Shown: positions 51,301 through 61,982 of the stretch, piece after piece
How the letters are laid out: the number at the start of each line of letters is the position of its first letter
Position numbering within the stretch: position 1 is the stretch's first letter
NCBI GenBank assembly: GCA_010356995.1
Contig: ML996688.1
Location: forward strand, 372,001-436,000
Direction: 5' to 3'
Source: Trichodelitschia bisporula
Lineage: Eukaryota
DNA length: 64,000 nucleotides
Position numbers and translations under genes: made by a program
The notes under the pieces: model-generated
Seen by the model: the letters and a program-made list of their open reading frames with translations, nothing else
The model's database searches: none
What the model was told of the DNA's origin: nothing

Positions 51301-52328
51301 TCTTTTGTCCGTCCCACCACCGCCGGTTCCGAGAAGGCACCGGGAAGTCCGGACAGCGGACTCAGGAAAATCCCGCATCATTTCCATCACACACAGCACC
51401 CACCGCCCTTGGGACATCCGCATCAGCCTCCTCATCAGGATACCCGACTGCCGACGCGCAGCTTGACGCCTAAGCCTTGCTTCCCCGTGATTCAGGAAAG
51501 GCGGCAGAGGGTATCGAGTCTTGTCGAGATCTGGCTGTTCATCGCCGGTCTCTACACCAGAGCGGCGCTGTTTGATGATGCTAATGCGGCCATCGGCGAG
51601 GCCGTCGAGCTCGTGAAGGCTCTCGAGCTAGAGATAGCGCAAGATGCCTCGACTGCGAAGGCATTTGCCGAAAAGGGCTGGGGCGGCGGGATAAGTATCG
51701 AGGAATTGTGGGGTGATGTTTGGGCCCAGGTAAGAGTCACCACATTACTTCCCAGACCCGCACTAACAGCTTATAGCGGGGAGAACTGGCTCGCGCGAAT
51801 TCAACCCCCTACGAAGCGCTCTCCAACTACGAAATGGCCCTCTTGCACTTCCAAAACCACCCGGCGGCTACAGTCGGCCTCTCCGAAATCCTCCTCGACA
51901 TTTACTCACAAAAAATCGAAGCCGAGCCCCCGGAAGCAACAACCTTCACCCCCCCCGGCCCCACAACCCTCTGGGTATCCCAGCGGGGCTTCAACACCGA
52001 GCTCTTCGAGGGTGAAAACGAGAAAGAAGCCGAAGCTCAGGGCAAGGCGGAGGCGGAGGCTGAGGCCAAGGCAAAATCCACTGAAGATTCACCTGAAGAG
52101 CTGAATCGACTTGCGGCGCGCGACAGGGCGTATAATATCCTGTCTTCGCTGACGAAGTTGGGGACTGGGTGGGATTATTCCGAGGCGTGGTTTGCGCTGG
52201 CGAGGGCGTATGAGGGGGGGGGGCAGGTGGAGAAGACGAAGGAGGTACTTTGGTGGTGTGTGGAGTTGGAGGATACGAGGCCGTTGAGGGGGTGGGGGGT
52301 GGTTGGGCCGGGGGGGTTTGTGCTTTGA
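48377..52328 (+). CDS. YPP1: TPR scaffold YPP1/TTC7-like (fungal 'filamentation protein Rhf1'); exons 48377-48382, 48486-48609, 48663-48995, 49046-49731, 49783-51729, 51777-52328
   Basis: Five GT-AG introns give a continuous frame: MSTRETEKALRYISQLDAARC...ILYRAATKTFHSTQILRYLF...WHLLALLLTAK...LNRLAARDRAYNILSSLTKLGTGWDYSEAWFALARAYE...WWCVELEDTRPLRGW. Confidence 0.88.
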
Positions 52329-52697
52329 GGGGGGGTGGTTTAGTGAGATACCCGACCCAGTATTGGGGCTGGAGTGTGGTTGACTTTGGGTTGTTCGTTC
52401 GTTTTGTGTTGTGCATTCTCAGGTAATAGGGGTTATATTCAGGCGGATGTCGCTTCTTGGTGCTGGTGATGGATGGGATGGGGTGTTATTGCTGAGCTGA
52501 CAGGTCAAACCCGTCCCTTCCCCATCCGTACCCGATCACCCCTTCGAAGGCCGTACCTTCCATTCCCACGTGGCCCCTCATTAAACCCTCACAGACCCCA
52601 AGATATATTTTTCGCCATGAACACCACACTCCACGGTCTTTACTTGCATTTCCCCCCAGCGGTCCCCACACTCGTTTATATTGCCTTACAATCCACC

Positions 52698-53522
52698 ATG
52701 CCGTCCCGTCTGCGGCCCCCAGTTACACCCCGGCCCGCGCCGTCCACGGCCTCTCAAACACCCGACGGAGCATCTTCCGAGGACTCGACCGGTCACCTCC
52801 TCTGGACCGTAGCCGGCACGCCGCTGACGCCGGATACGCCGTATACGCCTTGTCCGCCGTACACACCGGCCTCGCGCTCCGCACTCGCCGACATCACCAA
52901 CACCGCCAGCGCCAACAACAAAGAGAACACCGTCCCACCCACCTTCCTTCTAACCAGCACCGACAAAACGAACGCCATCCCACAAGCCCTCCCCCTGAGC
53001 AGCACCCCAAACCGCCGCACCCTCAACACCCCCTTCGAACACCAAACCCCCCTCTACAGTCCCAGCGCCATCTTCCTGCAAGTCCCCTGCCTGCAATGCG
53101 TCCTCAAGCGCCTGCCCTGCGACCAGCGGCTCCCCTCCTGTAGCCGGTGCAGGCGCGCGGGCGACGGCGCGGTGTGTCTTGTCCAACGCGTGATTACGCA
53201 TCAGGAGCGGGAGGATTGGGGGGTTGGGTTTGGGTTGGCGCGGTATGTGACGCTGGTGAGGTTGGGGGAGGGGGAGGGGGAGTGGGGGGAGAAGAAGGGC
53301 GTTGAGGAAGTGTTGTTGGAGAGACTGCAGGAGAGGCTGGATCGGGAGAATTGGGTCCTGCCGGTTAATGATGGGAGGATGGGGGCTTTCGTGCCGTTTT
53401 GTGGGGGGAGGGTGGTTGATGAGGTTAGGGGGGAGATGGAGAGTCGGTTGTATGGGCTTTTTGCGCCACGGAAGTCGAGTGGGTTAGTAAGAAATGCTTT
53501 CGTGAGGTTGGATGTTAGCTGA
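52698..53522 (+). CDS. Small protein with an internal Zn(II)2Cys6-type cluster
   Basis: C-x2-C-x6-C-x6-C-x2-C-x8-C (CLQCVLKRLPCDQRLPSCSRCRRAGDGAVC, 53088-53177). Start chosen at CACCATG 52698. The 3' end is uncertain: a possible intron (donor 53479 or 53487, acceptor 53532) would extend the CDS to 53777 or 53937. Confidence 0.7.
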   Translation: MPSRLRPPVTPRPAPSTASQTPDGASSEDSTGHLLWTVAGTPLTPDTPYTPCPPYTPASRSALADITNTASANNKENTVPPTFLLTSTDKTNAIPQALPLSSTPNRRTLNTPFEHQTPLYSPSAIFLQVPCLQCVLKRLPCDQRLPSCSRCRRAGDGAVCLVQRVITHQEREDWGVGFGLARYVTLVRLGEGEGEWGEKKGVEEVLLERLQERLDRENWVLPVNDGRMGAFVPFCGGRVVDEVRGEMESRLYGLFAPRKSSGLVRNAFVRLDVS

Positions 53523-53924
53523 CAGTGCTCAGCTTCTCGTAGGAGAAGCAGTCGTGATGTCGACCTTTACGATAGGTTGGCGTCACGTGGAAGGCTGCCT
53601 CCAAGCTCACCTCCTCCAGATCATGAAACACCATTTAACGAGCGAAGGCCAACAACCCCCGATCCGATTCGGACACCCAACCGAAAGCGATCCACAGACC
53701 AGCGACATGGATCTTTACAGTTCATTAGCATCGCTGCCAGCACCAGATCTAGCAACACCCCAGCCAAAGCAATATAAATCCACCGTCCAGATCCACCCCA
53801 TCACGTGCCCCGTTTCGACTCTGTGTCAGGATAAGGCCGTCTCGCAGCGCTGCCCAGCGATTAATATAGAGCTCAGGCAAATCCCGTCAATGCGCGTGGA
53901 TCTGGACATCGTGTCAAGTAGCCC

Positions 53925-53964
53925 GCCCCAGATGTAGTCTCCCAGCCCCAGATGTAGTCTCCCA
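53925..53964 (+). repeat. Perfect 20-bp tandem duplication upstream of the CE1-like gene
   Basis: gccccagatgtagtctccca x2. Confidence 0.9.
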
Positions 53965-54017
53965 ATCCCACATCCCACCTTCCACCTTCCACAAACTCGG
54001 CTGCCATCAGCCTCACA

Positions 54018-55509
54018 ATGCGTCTCCACCTCCTCACCGCGGCCCTCCTCCCGCTCCTCGCCCTCGCCGACCTAGTGCCCAGCAATGGCTGCAAATCCGC
54101 CGACTCCTTCCCCGCGTCCCCCGGCGGCGAACCACGGGGCGTAGCGCTGGGGAACCGCAAGGCGTGGATCACGCTGCCGAAGAACTACGTCAGGGGCGCG
54201 CCGGCGCCGCTGATCGTGGCGTTGCACGAGAGTAACATGACGGCGCTGGAATTTGCGCGCGTGTCGCTGTTGAGTGATGGGCGGTATAATGAGGATGCTG
54301 TCGTGCTGTATCCCGAGGCCGTGGACGTGAGTACCCCCGAAATGGTAAATGGGGTGTGGTGCTGATGTGATGAAGTTGGTCTGGATTACGGACCCGCAGG
54401 TCAAGCACCCGGCCAAGGATAGGGAGTTTATTGGGAAGTTACTGGACCTGGCGACGTCCTCGCTCTGCATCGACACGGACCGGATCTACGCCGCGGGTCT
54501 CGGGTCCGGGGCTGGGCTGGCGGACACACTTGCCTGCCTACCGGAGTTCGCGTCGCGGATCGCGGCGTTTGCGCTGGTCAATAGTGCGACGTACCACGGG
54601 CCGCTCAATAAAGCGGCTATCAAGGACGAGTTCACGATGCAGTGGACAACGTGCAAGCCAGAGCGCGTGCCAATGCGGCTTCTCGAAATCCACGGTGCGA
54701 ATAACACCGTGTATGATTTCTTCGCCAAGGGGCGGGCGAAGAATCACGGGCGCAAGAGCGTGGTGGAGTGGATCGTAGACTGGGCGGTGCGGAACGAGTG
54801 CGGGGCTGCGCTGGGTAGGCCTGAGAAAATGGAGGACAGCGAGATGAGTCGGACGAAATTGCAGATGGGGACGTTGTTTGAGGGTGCTGTGCACCCTGGG
54901 AGGTTGCAGAAGGCGTATTATCGGTGTTATCAGCGAACGCAGGATGAACTTGCTGATGAGGTGATTAATTCGTTCCGGGTGCTGAAGGCGGAGGATATTG
55001 TGCGGGAGAGTGAGGAGATGGAGGAGAGGGAGGGGAGGAGGGCGGTGGGGGCGGTGGATCCGGAGGAGAGGAAGAAGTCGTGGGAGCGGGGGGAGGTGGC
55101 ACTCGTGCAGTGGTATGTTTATAATCATGGGCATGGGTGGCCGAGGGCGGTGTTGGGGGAGGGCAGAACGAGGCAGCTTGAGCCTGAAGAGGGGGTTCCG
55201 GAGACGGAGGAGCCGGTTTTTGACTCTACGAAGGAGGTGCTCGAGTTTTTCCGCAAGTTTAGGCTTTCGGATGAGCATCGGGTGCCGGGCGCGAATAAGG
55301 AGCCGGATTTTGATGAGGAGCATATTCAGAAGATTGTTGATAGGATTGGGCAGCAGGTTGAGAGTGCGACGAAGGAAGTTAGGGATAGGCAGGAGGCAGA
55401 AAAGGGGGAGAATGTGACGGAGGAAATCGATGCTGGGAGAGAGGAGGGAGAGAAGGGGAGCGAGGACAGGACTGAGGCTGCTTCGAGCTCTGTTAGGGAT
55501 GAGCTTTGA
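54018..55509 (+). CDS. CE1/PHB-depolymerase-like alpha/beta hydrolase homolog with signal peptide and C-terminal RDEL (exons 54018-54326, 54376-55509)
   Basis: Signal peptide; SNGC, LPKNY..PAPLIVALH, VLYPEA, LCIDTDRIYAAG, LAC...RIAAFA, C.P.RVPMRLLEIHG, W..RNEC and HGHGWP motifs of fungal CE1 feruloyl-esterase-like proteins; intron 54327-54375. Confidence 0.85.
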
Positions 55510-56089
55510 GCGTCAGTGTTCGATTAGCACTATCCACCACAGTTTGGGAGTTCAGGCGAATTGAAGGTCATGGAGTGATGCCGTTTCCTTATCATATTTT
55601 GCTCCAAGTTGACTGCGCGTGTTGGAACTAAGAGTCCGTTCAATTCGGTGTATTCGCCATGAGGGCATCCACAGAGAGAGTCCACTATTACACGAGAGGC
55701 TTATATGTCCGCAAGTTGCCTCGCATGACTACACGACGCCCAGTCGTGAAGGCGAGATAGGTCTCTGGAAAGCCCATTAACATCCAAGCCCAACAACCGG
55801 AGGTCCCGAGTAACGTCCACGCTTACCAGATAGGTCATCCGACTAACTTATGGATATCTAGGATCCGCAGGCGACGTGAAGACGGGATGCCTGTATCGGA
55901 GTTACCAAGCTTCTGTGGCTCGGTTTCTGGCGTGATTTGACACGTGGCGGGCGTTTCTGCTCCAGAGGACTAGAGCCGGCATGGGCCCCTAACATCCAGC
56001 GGACGTTACCGGTTCTAGTGGAGATTCGTATATCGCAGCCCAAAGGACGTTTAGGATGCTCGCCCAACGGACAAGGTCCGCGGCGCCCA

Positions 56090-56899
56090 TCACGGTGCTG
56101 ATGCCCCAACGCCAGCAGCATCCGCATCCGCGTCAGCATCCAGCAAATCCGTAACCCTCACCGGGCGCTCCAGAACCCATGCCCCACCCGGCCTCAGCTT
56201 TTTATAGTATTCCTCCTCAAAAACCGCCTTCGTGAACCCAAGCACCGAATACCACTCCCAAACCTCCACATTCCCCTCCCACACATGCGCCGACACCGTC
56301 GTAACGCCATATTCACGGGCCGCATGAGCAATGACACGGTGCAGCAGCGCACTTGCAATCCCATGCCCGCGGAACGGCGATAGCGTAGCTATAGTAGCCA
56401 CATAAAGCGAGGGCGCCGCATCCGCAACGGGCTGCCCAGAGCGCTTGCTCCGCACCTCAGCCGCGGGCGAGACCGCTAGCAGCCGGCAGCGGATGCCGGC
56501 GACGACGCGCGGCTTGGAGGCGGGTGTGTCGGCCCAGAGGGCCACCGCGGAGAGGCTGGCGACCACGGGGTCGGAGAGGATTTCGGCGTAGAACCGTTCT
56601 GAGTAGGGGACGGGGAGGATGACGCTGTTGAGGCGCCGGAAGGAGGTGAGGGTTGAGGGGGCTATGGGGGCGAGGGTGACGTTGGAGGGGAGGGGGCGGC
56701 GTGGTCGGTATGTGGTGGTGGGTTGAGGGGGGGGTTCTTGGGAGGGTGGAGGTGGCGGGGTTTGAGGCGGTGGTTCTGCTGCTGGTGCTTGTGGAGGGGA
56801 GCTGGTTTGCGACGCGCTTGGAGGTGGAGTTTCGGGATTCGAGGGAGGTATTGGCGGGTTGGCCTTTGAAAGCCATGATGTTAGCGAAGTCTGAACCAT
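56090..56899 (-). CDS. GNAT N-acetyltransferase, Naa50/Nat5-like
   Basis: FRRLNSVILPVPYSERFY, LYVATIATLSPFRGHGIASALL (acetyl-CoA motif), AHVWEGN..WY..LGF and YYKKL; Pro-rich N-terminal extension. Confidence 0.88.
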   Translation of the reverse strand: MVQTSLTSWLSKANPPIPPSNPETPPPSASQTSSPPQAPAAEPPPQTPPPPPSQEPPPQPTTTYRPRRPLPSNVTLAPIAPSTLTSFRRLNSVILPVPYSERFYAEILSDPVVASLSAVALWADTPASKPRVVAGIRCRLLAVSPAAEVRSKRSGQPVADAAPSLYVATIATLSPFRGHGIASALLHRVIAHAAREYGVTTVSAHVWEGNVEVWEWYSVLGFTKAVFEEEYYKKLRPGGAWVLERPVRVTDLLDADADADAAGVGASAP

Positions 56900-57132
56900 T
56901 ATGCACTAAAGGAGTGTTCTGCTTGGTGAAGCTGGCGAAGCTGGTGCAGCTTTGAGCATGCGACGCGCACTTGCGCAGCCGACAAACAAGTGAAGTCAAG
57001 CAGCCTGTCGCGACGCGCCCCGGAGATTTTCGGACCGACGCCCAAAACGTCACCAACGACCAGCCAAGCCCGACCTCTACACAACTCGCCCGCACGTCAA
57101 TCCCGCACCATCACCGTCCGCAAGCGCCAGAT

Positions 57133-57774
57133 ATGGGTGCCGACCAGTCGAAACCGCTCGGGGAGCCGACGCAGCATGTCTTTGCTTCGTTCGTGATCCC
57201 ATTCCATGCGCAATGGGCACTTTTGCTAACTCGAGCGCAGAGAGACGCCGACTCGCTTTTCCGGAGAGCTCGTCAACAAGCTGCAGGAGAGCACGCAGGT
57301 CGGTTTTCACGGATATCTGGTTGCTCATGGAGCTGATTTTGATAGTCTGATGGCACGCGCTCCGCAGACCTGGAGCTGAAAATCCAATCGCGCGTCGCCG
57401 CTGAGCTCGAGCGGTTAGCCGACGAGGAGGCCCTCCGCGTCGCGGAAACGATATCAAAAGCCGACTCTGGATCATCAAGCGACACGTCCGTTTCCCTTCT
57501 GGACAAAGTCACGGGCGAAGCAGCGGAGAAGGAGCGTCGCGCGCAGCTGAGCAACGGCTCCGTGACTAAGGAGATCGAAGCGCTGAAGCAGAAACTAGCG
57601 CATCGGAAAAAGTTGGACAAGGTGGATCCCGCAGTTGAGAGCGCGAAGGAGGAGCTTGTGCTCTGCTTGCGCCTGAATGACCGCCGGCCGCTTGACTGCT
57701 GGAAGGAGAAGGAGGCGTTTAAGAAGGCCGTTGCGCGGCTGGAACAGGACTTTGTTGACCGGACCTTACGGTAG
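57133..57774 (+). CDS. MIC19: MICOS subunit Mic19-like (DUF1690) (exons 57133-57188, 57241-57298, 57346-57774)
   Basis: Myristoylation-type MGADQSK start; ETPTRFSGELVNKLQES-SDGTRSADLELKIQSRVAAELERL; C-terminal CX10C CLRLNDRRPLDCWKE; introns 57189-57240 and 57299-57345. Confidence 0.9.
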
Positions 57775-58448
57775 TTTGCGCCAAATTCTCCAGTCTGGAC
57801 ATACAACATAGAGTATTGTACAATATCATGACCGTCATACCCTGGGGTCTGTTCTGTCCGGCTTCGTCTCTTGTATTGCATTCACACCATTAGAGGCTAC
57901 TATACTTGTCTCTCATGCACGACCTTATTGCACCACCTACCCCCTATCTCATATCCCTTTGTATTTACAGTTATGCTAATGGTTTCGAAGGGCTTCGAAG
58001 GGATCGCTCCATTGTCATTCAGGGGGTATAGCAAAATTCTTGGTGGACCTTACTGCCTCTGGACGGTAAGTGGAAGCTGTGATGGAGCAAATTTTCAACT
58101 AATATCTGATAGCAGTGGCTCATGCTTTTGTCCCAACTCATCTCTGCAACACTTCGTATATGCTGAATGAGGTCGGCAAGGTATGACGGCTGCGTACCTT
58201 CCCCAAGGGCTCCCCCGGAGGACTGCATCGTACCTTCCCCCAACAACACACGCGCTTCTCCATATACCATATGTATACTAGCGCCGTCGGCTTCCACTTA
58301 GCGAGTCAAGTCACGGGCTTCCAAGTCGAGGAGTATAAATACCTTCAACTTCTCCTTCTTTTTACAACCTCCGTACATCTCCTACAGCGAACTCTCTCTG
58401 TCTTCTGAATTCCCCTGTCCCGCAGCGAAAAAAAGCACGAGAACAAAA

Positions 58449-59209
58449 ATGGGACCGAAGGGTAAGTCCACTCCCATACATTACCCCTTAATCATTCTCA
58501 CACTTACTCCAAAAGCTGCCAAGTTCGGGGCGGATCTCCCGCCGGACCTCGTCTGGCCTAAGGAGATAGAGCTCGGGCTCGGGCCCTGCCGGGTTGTGAA
58601 CGACATGGATGGTGTTGTCTGTAGCTGTATTCGCGGCTACAGCTCCGTTCGTCTGTCAACCAGCACCTCGACAACCCACCTGAGGCGCCGTTGTGATCAC
58701 TGCCAACACCTGATGGTCTGGCATAGGGAGCGCAGTAAGTCTCTCCCATATATTCATATTTCATCTCATGCCTAACTCTCGCAGCTGCCGACGAGAAGAC
58801 TGCGGAGCCGTTCTATCCTGGCAAACGCTCTCATGATGCCATGGCGGCTGGAGAGACAAGCCCGGATGACCAGGAGGCGAAACGTGTCTGTACTGATGGT
58901 GTCACTGGCAATGCCGAGGATGCTGGTCCTACGACTGATGATAACTGCAATGCCAACCTCACGGTGGATGGTGTTGATCAGGCCAATGCGGGCGCTCCTT
59001 CTGGCACATCTACAGATTCTCTCAACTTCTCTAGTTAGTACCTTCGCTATGCAATAGACGCCTCGCTGACGTGACTGCAGCTTCTGCAGTGTGTGACTCG
59101 CAAACCGATGCCACTCCCATTCCCTCCCGCAAGTACCCCTTTCCCCCTTCATAGATTCTTTTCTAAATTAACCATAGCTTCCCACGACACTTCGGCGACC
59201 GAGGGTTAG
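58449..59209 (+). CDS. Array copy 1 (type A): small Cys/His protein, about 186 aa (exons 58449-58461, 58516-58734, 58785-59033, 59081-59128, 59178-59209)
   Basis: MGPK/A..LGPCRVVNDMDGVVCSCIRG..RCDHCQHLMVWH then EPFYPGKRSHDAMAAGE..EAKR. All four introns are phase 1 and the last is a putative GC-AG. If intron 3 is not spliced, the CDS stops at 59038. Confidence 0.7.
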
Positions 59210-59589
59210 AAGTTGGTGGAAGGGGCTTAGCAAAGCCGATTGCAACAAGCACCAACCCCTAGATAGTTTGTTCTAGCTTTCTCCAGCATGAATACAATCC
59301 TCTGTCTCTGACTCAACCATCTGCGACTGCCTGCGGTATTTAGCAGTGCCCCAAGGCCGTATCATTCCTTTCCCAGAGGTATCCCGCGCCCTTCTCTTCT
59401 ATACACATACTAGCGCCCTCCGCTTCTACTAACCGAGCCAAGACTCGAGCCTCGAAATCGAGGAGAGATATTTCCAACTTCTCCATTTCTCTACAACCAT
59501 ACATCTCGAACAACCACTTCTCCGCTCTCTACGGAAACCCGCCCGCCTAACACGAGAATAAGAGCAGGAAAACTAAAATTGCTGTAGAA

Positions 59590-60076
59590 ATGGCATCGAA
59601 GAGTAAGTCTACTCCCATACCTATCAACCATTCTCACCCCTACCCCAGAAGCGATCGAGCTCCCCACCGATTTCCCGAAGGACCTCGACATTCCCGAGGA
59701 GGTGGGGTTCGATCTGGGAGCCTGTCGGTTTGTGTTCCCCACGGGCGGTACCACTTACACCTGTAGTTGTGGTTACTGCGTCATCCCTCTGAACGATGAT
59801 ACATTGGCCGCCATCCTCGAGCACCACTGCTTGCACTGCGGTCATATGATGGCATGGTATGGCTCGCCCAGTGAGTACTTTCGCTATACAATAGACACTT
59901 TGCTGACTTGACTACAGCCTCCGCGGTACGCCACGAGCATACGCCGGGGGGTGCCACTCACCCCTCTTCTGGCAAGTACCCCTTTCCCCCTTCATAAACG
60001 CTTGGCGAACTTGACTATAGCTGTTCGCGACGCTTCGGTGAACGCTCCGAAAGCTAAAGAGCAGAATGGCCAGTAG
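59590..60076 (+). CDS. Array copy 2 (type B): small Cys/His protein, about 114 aa (exons 59590-59602, 59649-59870, 59918-59971, 60021-60076)
   Basis: MASK..DLGACRFVFPTGGTTYTCSCGYC..HCLHCGHMMAWY, ending in the conserved ..GQ-stop; NAGNAG first acceptor and a putative GC-AG third intron. Confidence 0.7.
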
Positions 60077-60536
60077 TTCTAGGTTACGTATGATGTGAGT
60101 CATCTGCGTTGTACCGTAGATTGGGATGCGCTTTCTCCAACTCTAGCTTCGCGGATGCACATCGGTTAAGTTCTAGTCCTTCAAATGAAAAAAATGGTCT
60201 TTACTCTCCAGATGCTGATATGCCTTGTGCTTTGCCCATGAAATATATATAGGGAGCAAATCTTCAATTAACAACTGGTAACAACGGCTCGAGCTTTTGT
60301 CCCATCTCATCTCTGCAACACTTCGTATATGCAGAATAGGTTCTTGGCAAGGGACGGCCGCTGAAAAACATGCCCTGAAGACTGCCCTAAGGAACTGCAT
60401 CGTTCCTTCCCTAAGAACATCCTCCGCACTTTTACTCTTCCACATATATACTAGTGCCCGCCGCTTCTACTCACCGAGCCAGGCCCCGAGCCTCAAAGTC
60501 GAGAGGTATAAATATCTCCAACTTCTCCTTCTTTTT

Positions 60537-60602
60537 ACAACCTCCGTACATCTCCTACAACCTCCGTATATATCTCCTACAACCTCCGTATATCTTCTAC
60601 AG
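60537..60602 (+). repeat. Triplication of a 20-22 bp unit in the 5' leader of array copy 3
   Basis: acaacctccgta(ca/tata/ta)tct(c/t)ct x3; it is single-copy in copy 1 (about 58364-58387). Confidence 0.85.
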
Positions 60603-60666
60603 CGAACTCTCTGCCTTTGAATTCTCCCACCCTTCAAACGCAATAACAAGAGCACGATCTATAGAA

Positions 60667-61122
60667 ATAGGGCCGAAGGGTAAGTCTACTCCTACACATC
60701 CCCCCTCGGGCATTCTTATGCTTACTCCACAAGCCGTCAAGTTCAAAGACGGATTCTCCCCGTGGACCTTATCTGGCCTGATTAGATAGAGATCGATCGG
60801 GCTCGGGGCCTTCCGGGTTGTTAACCCCATTGATGGTGCTGTCTATACCTATATACGCGGCCACAACACCGCTCCTCCGTCAACCGGCACCTCAGTAAAC
60901 CAACCAACGCGCCCTTATAAGTACTGCCAGCACCTATATAGTCTGGCATATGAAGCGCAGTAAGTCTCTCGCATATCTTCATGTTTCATCTCGAACCTAA
61001 TTGTCATAGCTGCCGATGAGATGGCTGCGGAGCCGTTCTATCCTGGCAAACGCTCTCATGCTGCGATGGCGGCTGGAGAGACAGGCCCGAATGGCCAGGA
61101 ACCGAAGACCGAGGGTCAGTAG
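60667..61122 (+). pseudogene. Array copy 3 (type A), inactivated paralog of copy 1
   Basis: ATG->ATA at 60667, in-frame TAG at 60783-60785, a 4-nt insertion, three TGT->TAT Cys losses and a second frameshift; splice sites still recognisable. Confidence 0.85.
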
Positions 61123-61499
61123 TTGGTAGAACGGGCTTAGCAAAGCCGATTGCACCAAACACCAACCCCTAGATCGTTTGTACTAGCTTTTGCCATCATC
61201 AATTCAACCCTATGTCGCTGACTCAGCCCATCTGTGATTGCCTGAGAACAGTGCCCCAGGGACTGCATCCTTCCTTCCGCAAAGATGTCCTCCGCACTTC
61301 TCCACTTCCATATATATATTAGCTCCGTCTGCTTCTATTCACCGCCCCAGGCCCCGAACCTCGAAGTCGAGGAGTATAAGTATGTCCAACTTCCACATTT
61401 TCTCACAACCATACACCTTCCCACAACTCTCCACCGTCTCCATCCCCCGCTCCCCCATCACAAGCACCAAAGCACCGAAAACACAAAATCACCGCAGAG

Positions 61500-61982
61500 A
61501 TGGAAGCAACTGGTAAGCCCCACTCCCACCCACCCCCTGAAATCATTCTCACCCTAGTACCAGAAGCGCCCAAGCCCAGCACGCCCAACACGCCCGATAC
61601 GCCCAGCACCGTCGGCCCGGCCATGAACCTCGACCCCCCCGACAAGATGGAGATCAGCCTGGGAGCCTGTCGGGTGGTCGTCCTTACGGATGGTGTGGCC
61701 TGCACTTGTACCCGCGGCGTCTGTACCGCCCGTGTGGACACCTCGACGCTGGTGTCTATCCTGGAGGACTTCTGCATCAACCGCCATCACATGATAAAGT
61801 GGCATGCCTCACACAGTGGCGAGTATGGTGAGCATTTGTATATCTTTGTGTTAGCTTTCGTACTTAAGATTTATATGTGACTCCGGTACCTTCTCGGGCG
61901 TACCCCTTTCCCCCTGAATGGACGCTGAGCTGACGTGATCATAGGCTTCAAGGAACAGGAGCAGAAAGACCAGGAGCAGTAG
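61500..61982 (+). CDS. Array copy 4 (type B): small Cys/His protein, about 104 aa (exons 61500-61512, 61564-61827, 61945-61982)
   Basis: MEAT..ISLGACRVVVLTDGVACTCTRGVC..FCINRHHMIKWH. One conserved Cys is Arg, and a TAG lies 3 codons before the ancestral GQ-stop (61989-61991), so it may be decaying. Confidence 0.62.
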
